This document shows, piece by piece, positions 58,257-64,000 of a DNA stretch of 64,000 bases; positions within the stretch are counted from its first letter, which is position 1, and every line of letters begins with the position of its first letter. This DNA comes from Spirochaetia bacterium (GTDB lineage Bacteria; Spirochaetota; Spirochaetia; SZUA-6; Bin103): contig CBDBOV010000006.1 in assembly GCA_965208575.1 (NCBI GenBank), positions 192,001 through 256,000 on the forward strand. Reading direction: 5' to 3'. A program made the position numbers and the translations under genes. Below the pieces are notes generated by a model. The model was given only the letters and a program-made list of their open reading frames with translations, was not told the DNA's origin and did no database searches.

Positions 58257-60530
58257 TCAGCCGTCTCGGAAGATCGGCCGATAGACCGTCCCATCATAGA
58301 AGAATGCGTCGCCTCTAGATCCCTCGATACCCCAAGCGCCGCGCTGTCCAAAACGACCGCGCTCACCGTCTCCATATTTTCCGCCAAGCGGACACCACGT
58401 TCCATCACCTCCACTACCGTACTCCCCGCGGACACCCCCCCGCCCCGGCATTCCTCCCGAGGTGTCTACTCTATTCCGCATGACGGATAAGACACCTACC
58501 GTCTCAATCGCCCCATGGAACTCCAACGTAACCCTCCCGCCAGCGCCGCCAATCCCTCCGGCCCCGCCATCGCCTCCATCGCCGCCGTGGCCTGCCGGCC
58601 TTCCAGCCCCTACCGCACCGCACACCGCGAACTTTCCGTCGCCACCACGGCCTCCCCTACCTCCGATTCCACCACGCCCCCCAGAAACATCGACTCGAAC
58701 ATTAGCGATCTGTTGTGAGATTGACGGAATTTCGTTGTTGCCTGAGCACGACACAAAACCCATATTCAGCGTTATTTTCCCACCGCTGCCTCCCGATCCG
58801 CCGTCACCACCGATGCCGCCGCCCTCCCCACTCACTCGGTCCTCTTCTCCACCGACAAAAAACCGTAGGTTCTTACGTCGCTGAAAGGACTCCCCATCCC
58901 TTCCAAAATCCCCTCGGTTCCCTGCACCACCGTCAGCCACGATCTCCAGTGGACCGAGAATAATCGACCTCCTCGCCACAAGTTCAAGAACACCCCCATC
59001 ACCGAGCTCGTCACGGCTCACGTAGATGGAGAATCCGCTCTTGGGTACGACAAACCAGTTGAACACCAACTGATCGTCAATCGCGACCATCCTCTTGCCT
59101 GTGGCAAACAAACTGTTCGATGCTTCGCCATCGGGAAAGTACCCAGAGGAAGCATTAACGATCTGTGCAACATCGCTCTTCAAGATGCACGTCGCACGCA
59201 GATCAGCGACCTTCTTGAGCACGTGCTCCGGCACATAATCGGTCCCCGAAGTGTCGCAATCACGAGACTCTTTACAGGCTCTATGACCCCTAGCAAGCGC
59301 CTCGAGCTGTCGTTCCATAGGTACGATGCTATTTACGATTTCACGTACCCACCACCTGGGAATCCCCGGCAAGCCTGCCATCTCGTTCAACGCATGTTCG
59401 CCCGATTCGATCTGCCGAGCGATGACAAGGTCGTCCAACGTATCCCGATATTGCATTGTAATCCGGCGCAACTCTTCTTCGTGCCAATCCGTCCACGGGT
59501 CAATCCCGTCAGGTTTCCATCCGAAATGCTCCATCGAAGCAACGCCATACGCAACTGTCGCAGCTCCGCCCTTGTCGAGTTGCTTTAGCGATCCACGAAT
59601 CAGCTTCCAAATTCCGTCGATTGGATCGGATGAGCGGAGTTTTTCTTCGATTGTCGCCTCGATAGTATCAGAATAGGCTTCCGGGTCTCCGCCACCAACT
59701 GCTCTAACGTTTACGGTCAAGTGGTCGAGTTTGGATACAACATCAAGTGCTCCGGCCAACTTCTGTTTCTGCGATACTTTGAGCGGCGCCTTAAACGGTA
59801 CCCCAGCTTTGAACTCTCCAGCAAGGTCAGCGACCGTTCTTGTGTCCATTGATGACAAAATAACGGTAACCTCTATCGCAACTGCACGACGCTCTTCACT
59901 GACATACCGCGTTCCACAAGTCCTTGCAAATTCAGCATGTTTACCAGAATCAATCAATCCTTGAGCATAATCTGTGAGTCGAATGTCTGGCGTTAAACCC
60001 CATCTCCCATAGTCTATCTCAGCCCGAAGCACAGCGATCACTCGTTGCATGCCATGTTCGTGTTGGAAGCCCAATTCCGTATCGAACCCAGCGGTTGCGG
60101 TGTTCTTCAATATCGATACATCAACTTTGTAATCTAACTCAGCCGATAGGTTCAAGCTGTCCCGATTGTAATGCAATTGGAAAAAAATTTCTGCGTTGAC
60201 TGGTCCCGCATCGATTTTTTGAGTTTCGTACTTCAAGCACGGAAGTTTCCTTTCCGTAAGATCATTCGGGCTAAATCCGCGCCCGAAAGTCAGCGCCAAC
60301 TCCGGATGATACTGGTAGACATCCGGGTCACCATCAACTTCGATCCGGTATGATTCTGGCACGACCTGTTCGTCGTACGCTGTAGCTAGTCCCGGCGTTG
60401 CGTGGGCAATCGTAGCATTAAGGAAGACTAAGAGCGTTCCCACTAGGAATTGGCGCGAGCGAATACAGCATGTACTCTTCAAAACGTAAGTGCGGAATCT
60501 GCAGATACAGACTATTGAAAGTGTTCTCAT
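58257..60530 (-). CDS. Secreted protein with MACPF-like N-domain and Gly-rich (GxxG) C-terminus
   Basis: Signal LVGTLLVFLNATIAHA; FGRGF, EFARTCGTRYV; GGxGGxGG repeats; lower GC. Confidence 0.65.
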   Translation of the reverse strand: MRTLSIVCICRFRTYVLKSTCCIRSRQFLVGTLLVFLNATIAHATPGLATAYDEQVVPESYRIEVDGDPDVYQYHPELALTFGRGFSPNDLTERKLPCLKYETQKIDAGPVNAEIFFQLHYNRDSLNLSAELDYKVDVSILKNTATAGFDTELGFQHEHGMQRVIAVLRAEIDYGRWGLTPDIRLTDYAQGLIDSGKHAEFARTCGTRYVSEERRAVAIEVTVILSSMDTRTVADLAGEFKAGVPFKAPLKVSQKQKLAGALDVVSKLDHLTVNVRAVGGGDPEAYSDTIEATIEEKLRSSDPIDGIWKLIRGSLKQLDKGGAATVAYGVASMEHFGWKPDGIDPWTDWHEEELRRITMQYRDTLDDLVIARQIESGEHALNEMAGLPGIPRWWVREIVNSIVPMERQLEALARGHRACKESRDCDTSGTDYVPEHVLKKVADLRATCILKSDVAQIVNASSGYFPDGEASNSLFATGKRMVAIDDQLVFNWFVVPKSGFSIYVSRDELGDGGVLELVARRSIILGPLEIVADGGAGNRGDFGRDGESFQRRKNLRFFVGGEEDRVSGEGGGIGGDGGSGGSGGKITLNMGFVSCSGNNEIPSISQQIANVRVDVSGGRGGIGGRGGRGGDGKFAVCGAVGAGRPAGHGGDGGDGGAGGIGGAGGRVTLEFHGAIETVGVLSVMRNRVDTSGGMPGRGGVRGEYGSGGDGTWCPLGGKYGDGERGRFGQRGAWGIEGSRGDAFFYDGTVYRPIFRDG

Positions 60531-60681
60531 CAGGGCGCGATACTCCACCTGACAAACAGGAATTCTATAGTGGCTACGTCCCGGTGGCGAGCCTCTAACT
60601 CTCCCAACCGGTCCGATACATGCGATCATATGGAATGCGGGGCTATCCGGCATCTAATTGGTCATTCGGGTCGAAGCTCAG

Positions 60682-61785
60682 TCAGTCATGTGTCGCTCTC
60701 TTTGGTCCGATTGCCCGCAGGGCGGCAGCGGAGGCACGGAGCGCTTGCAGGTTGGCGCGGGCGGCGCCGGTGAGGCCGGTGGCGAGGGTCTCGTGCTTTC
60801 CGCGGCGGTCGTCCAGCTTGGTCAGCCAGTCGGGGCTGATGCTGCCGGCGCCGGAGAATGCGCCGCTCACGGTGCCGGCGATGCAGCCGATGGCGTCGGC
60901 GGCGCGGCCGAAACGGGCGGCGCAGGTGATCGCCTGCTGCGGGTCGCCCTCGGCCAGCGCGAAGATCGCCAGCGCCACCGGGACGGTTTCGCGCGGGTCG
61001 CCCGGCAGCGTGCGCAGCCACCGGTCGCCGGTTCCGCACACCTCGGCGCGGAAGCGGTCGAAGTCGCCGGTGTCGGCGGCGAGTTGCCGGGCTTGCCGGA
61101 TCAGGTCCGCCATTTCGGCGCCGCTGACCGGCAGGATCACGTCCACGGCGGCGTCCAGCACCGATGCCACGGTGGCGTCCGTGCGGCACGCAGCGGCGAC
61201 CGCGGCCGCCACCGCCGCCGCGCCGTCCTGGCAGAAGCCCACGTCGTACACGTGCATCAGGGCGGCCAGGTCGTAGGCCTGCAGCGCCGCCTGCCACGGG
61301 TTGCAGGCGTTGACGATGCCCACCGGTCCCATCGCCACCACGCCGGTCGAGTGTGGCATGGTGCCGAGTCCCGTGTAGCGCGGCGAATAGCGTCTCCTCC
61401 CTACCGCGCTGAACACCTGCTGCACGGAGATGAAGAACGCGCCGTCCTTGGCGAACTGCGGCGAGTGGTCGCACATGGCGCGCGCCCAGTCGTCCAGCAT
61501 CGCGCCGCCGCCGGTGTCGATCAGCATGCGCGCCACGATCTCGACCATGGCGGTCTCGTCGCCGGGGACGCCGAACGGCAAGCCGTCGCGGTTGCGCCGG
61601 CCGCCGCCGTGTTCACCGCCGCGGGAGCCGGCGTCGGCGTCGGTGATCCCGGCGGCAGCGGGCCCGGCATCACCGAGTGCGGTTTCGGCGGCCGCCATAC
61701 CGGCGGCATCGCCGAGCGCGGCGCCGGCCAGGCAGCCGAGCGCCTTGTCGAACAGGGCGGTCGAACGCAGATCGCCCGCGCTCAT
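60682..61785 (-). CDS. ADP-ribosylglycohydrolase family protein (degenerate motifs)
   Basis: KALGCLAGAALGDA, PGDET, PVGIVNACNP, GRAADAIG. Confidence 0.8.
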   Translation of the reverse strand: MSAGDLRSTALFDKALGCLAGAALGDAAGMAAAETALGDAGPAAAGITDADAGSRGGEHGGGRRNRDGLPFGVPGDETAMVEIVARMLIDTGGGAMLDDWARAMCDHSPQFAKDGAFFISVQQVFSAVGRRRYSPRYTGLGTMPHSTGVVAMGPVGIVNACNPWQAALQAYDLAALMHVYDVGFCQDGAAAVAAAVAAACRTDATVASVLDAAVDVILPVSGAEMADLIRQARQLAADTGDFDRFRAEVCGTGDRWLRTLPGDPRETVPVALAIFALAEGDPQQAITCAARFGRAADAIGCIAGTVSGAFSGAGSISPDWLTKLDDRRGKHETLATGLTGAARANLQALRASAAALRAIGPKRATHD

Positions 61786-62816
61786 GCCAGCACCTCGCTC
61801 AGCGCCCGCGCCGCCTGTTCCTCGCGCTCCAGCCGGCGCAGCGCGCAGGCGGCAAGCTGCGCGGCCTGCTCGTCCTGATCCACCGCCGCTACCCTGCGCA
61901 CCTTGTCCACCCAGTCCTGCCGGATGGCGTCCACGCCCTGCAGGGCGCCGGCAACCGCCCCGGCGACCGACGCAATGGTGTCGGTGTTGCGCCCGAAGTT
62001 GGCCGCGTACACGATCGTCTTCTCGGTATCGCCGCCGGCCAGTTGGAACAGCCCGATGCACTCGGGGATGATCTCGGTGGACAAGCCGTCGGTGTTGGGA
62101 TGGAAGAACTCGGCACGACGCCCGTAGACCTCGTCCCGGAAGCGATGAAACTCGCCGGTGGCGCGCGCCACCTCCAGAATGGCGCGCATGCGGTCCAACG
62201 TCTCGCGGCCGCTCATCGGCATGATCGCGTCGAGCGACGCCTCCACCACCGAGTCGACGGTGGCGTCCGGCTTCATCGCCTCGGCCACCGCCGCCGCCAT
62301 CGACGCGGCGCCGTCGTGCACCACGCCCGCTTCCTGCATGTGAATGAGGCTGGCGATGTGGTAGGCCTGCCGCGCCGCCTGCTCCGGGTTGCAGGCGTTC
62401 ACGATGCCGACCGGCGAGATGCACATGCCGGAGCTGGTGCTCTGCGGCGTACCGAGCGCGGCCATGCGCGGCGTCACGCCCAGGTCCGCCATCTTGACCA
62501 TGACGTGCGGCACGCCGATGAAGAACTTGGCGGCCTTCTCGCCCACGAACACGTCGCGGTGCCGCACCCACACGCGCGCCCAGTCGTCGAGCCGGGCGAA
62601 TCCGTCGGTCTCGATCAGCGCCTCGGAGAGCAGATCCTTCATGATCGTGTCGTCGGTACCGTCGGTCTCGAAGTCGTCGATCCAGCCGAATCGACTCTCG
62701 ATCCGCATGTACTCCATGCCCTCGGTGTCGGTGCCGATCGCATCGCCGATCAGCCCGGCCATCAGGCAGCCGAGCGTCTTCCTGTACAGCAGCGTCCCGC
62801 GTACGTCCGTGCCCAT
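61782..62816 (-). CDS. ADP-ribosylglycohydrolase family protein
   Basis: GCLMAGLIGDAIG, GTDDT, ISPVGIVNACNP, NFGRNTDTIASVAG. Confidence 0.9.
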   Translation of the reverse strand: MGTDVRGTLLYRKTLGCLMAGLIGDAIGTDTEGMEYMRIESRFGWIDDFETDGTDDTIMKDLLSEALIETDGFARLDDWARVWVRHRDVFVGEKAAKFFIGVPHVMVKMADLGVTPRMAALGTPQSTSSGMCISPVGIVNACNPEQAARQAYHIASLIHMQEAGVVHDGAASMAAAVAEAMKPDATVDSVVEASLDAIMPMSGRETLDRMRAILEVARATGEFHRFRDEVYGRRAEFFHPNTDGLSTEIIPECIGLFQLAGGDTEKTIVYAANFGRNTDTIASVAGAVAGALQGVDAIRQDWVDKVRRVAAVDQDEQAAQLAACALRRLEREEQAARALSEVLA

Positions 62817-62915
62817 CAGACCCCCTCTGCTCGTCTCGACGCGGGAGCGGGACGCACATCGCCCCGCCCCCGCTGCGCCCCCGCCGTCAGTCCGCGGGCC
62901 GGGGCGACAGGTCCG

Positions 62916-64000
62916 CTACTCGCGGATGAACCACTGCGAAGGCGTGGTCGGCACCCACAGGTAGGTCTCGAACGAGAACGGCAGCGTCTCCGGCACGTTG
63001 CGGATGCGGTTGTTGATCAGGATGGGCCGCACCGCCTTGCCGACCGTGCCGATCATGCCCAGGTACTCGGACAGGAACTCCCACACCTCGACGCCGAGGC
63101 GCTGGTAGGTCTCCTCGTCGGTGGAACCGACCCAGTCCCACCAGTTCTCGACCAGTTGCACCACGTCGTCGGGCGGCCGCTCGCCGGCCGGCGGCTCCGG
63201 CCCCTGCTTGCCGCCGCGCTGCCACTCCTGGTGGCGGATCCACTGCTCCCACGGAATGGCATAGCCGTGGTAGCGCTCGTTGTCGAACATCACCCGGAAC
63301 GTCACCCGCGTCTCCAGGTCGCTGTCGGACGGGAACACCGCCACGTCCACCTCGCCCGCCAGGCTGCGCGCCTCGAACAGCTCCTGCGAGATCTGGCGCA
63401 GGTTGACCTGCAGGCCGACGTCACGCCAGTTCTCGGCCACGATCTCGCTGACCGTGAAGCCCATGGTGCCGAGCACCGACTCCGAAGAGATCAGCAGGTC
63501 GATCACGAACGGCTTGCCGTCGGGACCTTCGCGCGTGCCGTCACCGTCGGAGTCCTTGAGGCCCACCTCGTCGAGCCACGCCATGGCCTGGTCGGGATCG
63601 TACTCGGCGTACTTCTTGCCCCAGGCGGGGTCGGCGAACGATGCGCCCGGATCGATGGTCATCTGGGTCGGCGTGGCCAGCCCCTGGAAGGCGAACTCGT
63701 TGACCGCGTTGCGGTCGATCGCCACCGACATGGCGCGCCGGAAGCGGATGTCAGAGAACACCTGCCGCTTCACCGGCTCGGGGTGCATCAGGTTGAACTG
63801 GTAACCGACGCGGGTCATCTTGGTGTCCTGCCACTGCAGCACCCGGTAGTCGCCCTCCTCCTGGTTCTGCACGTACAGCGGGAATTCGTCCGGGTTCATC
63901 ATGCGCCCGCCGATGTCGATCTTGCCCTGCATCATCGACAGGATCGCCACCTGCTTGTCGGAGAAGTAGCGCGCCTCGATGCGGTCGATGTAGGGAAGCT
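62916..64000 (-). CDS. ABC substrate-binding protein family 5 (5' end outside window)
   Basis: Open to window edge (LPYIDRIE), FSDIRFRRAMSVAIDR, YDPDQA..WLDEVGL. Confidence 0.9.
   Translation of the reverse strand, partial: LPYIDRIEARYFSDKQVAILSMMQGKIDIGGRMMNPDEFPLYVQNQEEGDYRVLQWQDTKMTRVGYQFNLMHPEPVKRQVFSDIRFRRAMSVAIDRNAVNEFAFQGLATPTQMTIDPGASFADPAWGKKYAEYDPDQAMAWLDEVGLKDSDGDGTREGPDGKPFVIDLLISSESVLGTMGFTVSEIVAENWRDVGLQVNLRQISQELFEARSLAGEVDVAVFPSDSDLETRVTFRVMFDNERYHGYAIPWEQWIRHQEWQRGGKQGPEPPAGERPPDDVVQLVENWWDWVGSTDEETYQRLGVEVWEFLSEYLGMIGTVGKAVRPILINNRIRNVPETLPFSFETYLWVPTTPSQWFIRE

Noticed and set aside
60682-62859. Apparent single 725-aa ARH
   Set aside because: Two genes coupled by an ATGA overlap at 61782-61785

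Overview
High-GC bacterial chromosome window. The spirochaete-style family-5 SBP signal peptide (LFASGEGE), plant-type LRR, Calx-beta and CRTAC1 proteins, paired PhyH genes, a sulfatase and many TA modules suggest a host-associated (e.g. sponge-symbiont) Spirochaetota; this is inference only. The backbone carries catabolic and transport genes (threonine dehydratase, enolase-family isomerase, NCS2 permease, BVMO, nitronate monooxygenase, peptide-type ABC parts, ADP-ribosylglycohydrolases). It is interrupted by about seven type II TA loci (two with destroyed toxins), a 3.8 kb rve-type IS with nested cargo, an IS1634, and lower-GC islands. Two candidate undescribed systems stand out. (1) A prophage-free CI/Cro-like divergent switch whose Cro-like domain is fused to 12 plant-type LRRs and whose S24 repressor lacks the autocleavage Lys (5643-7787). 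(2) A five-gene MORC/GHKL-histidine kinase, atypical receiver, unknown His-motif protein, Dcm and Vsr operon with no recognisable restriction enzyme, bracketed by a decayed duplicate of a permease 3' end (48263-57924). Also notable: a PAS-MFP fusion, an NCS2-RsbW-like fusion, a C14-frameshifted Calx-beta lipoprotein and a MACPF-like Gly-rich secreted protein. No rRNA, tRNA or CRISPR array was seen. All family assignments come from motif reading, not database searches.
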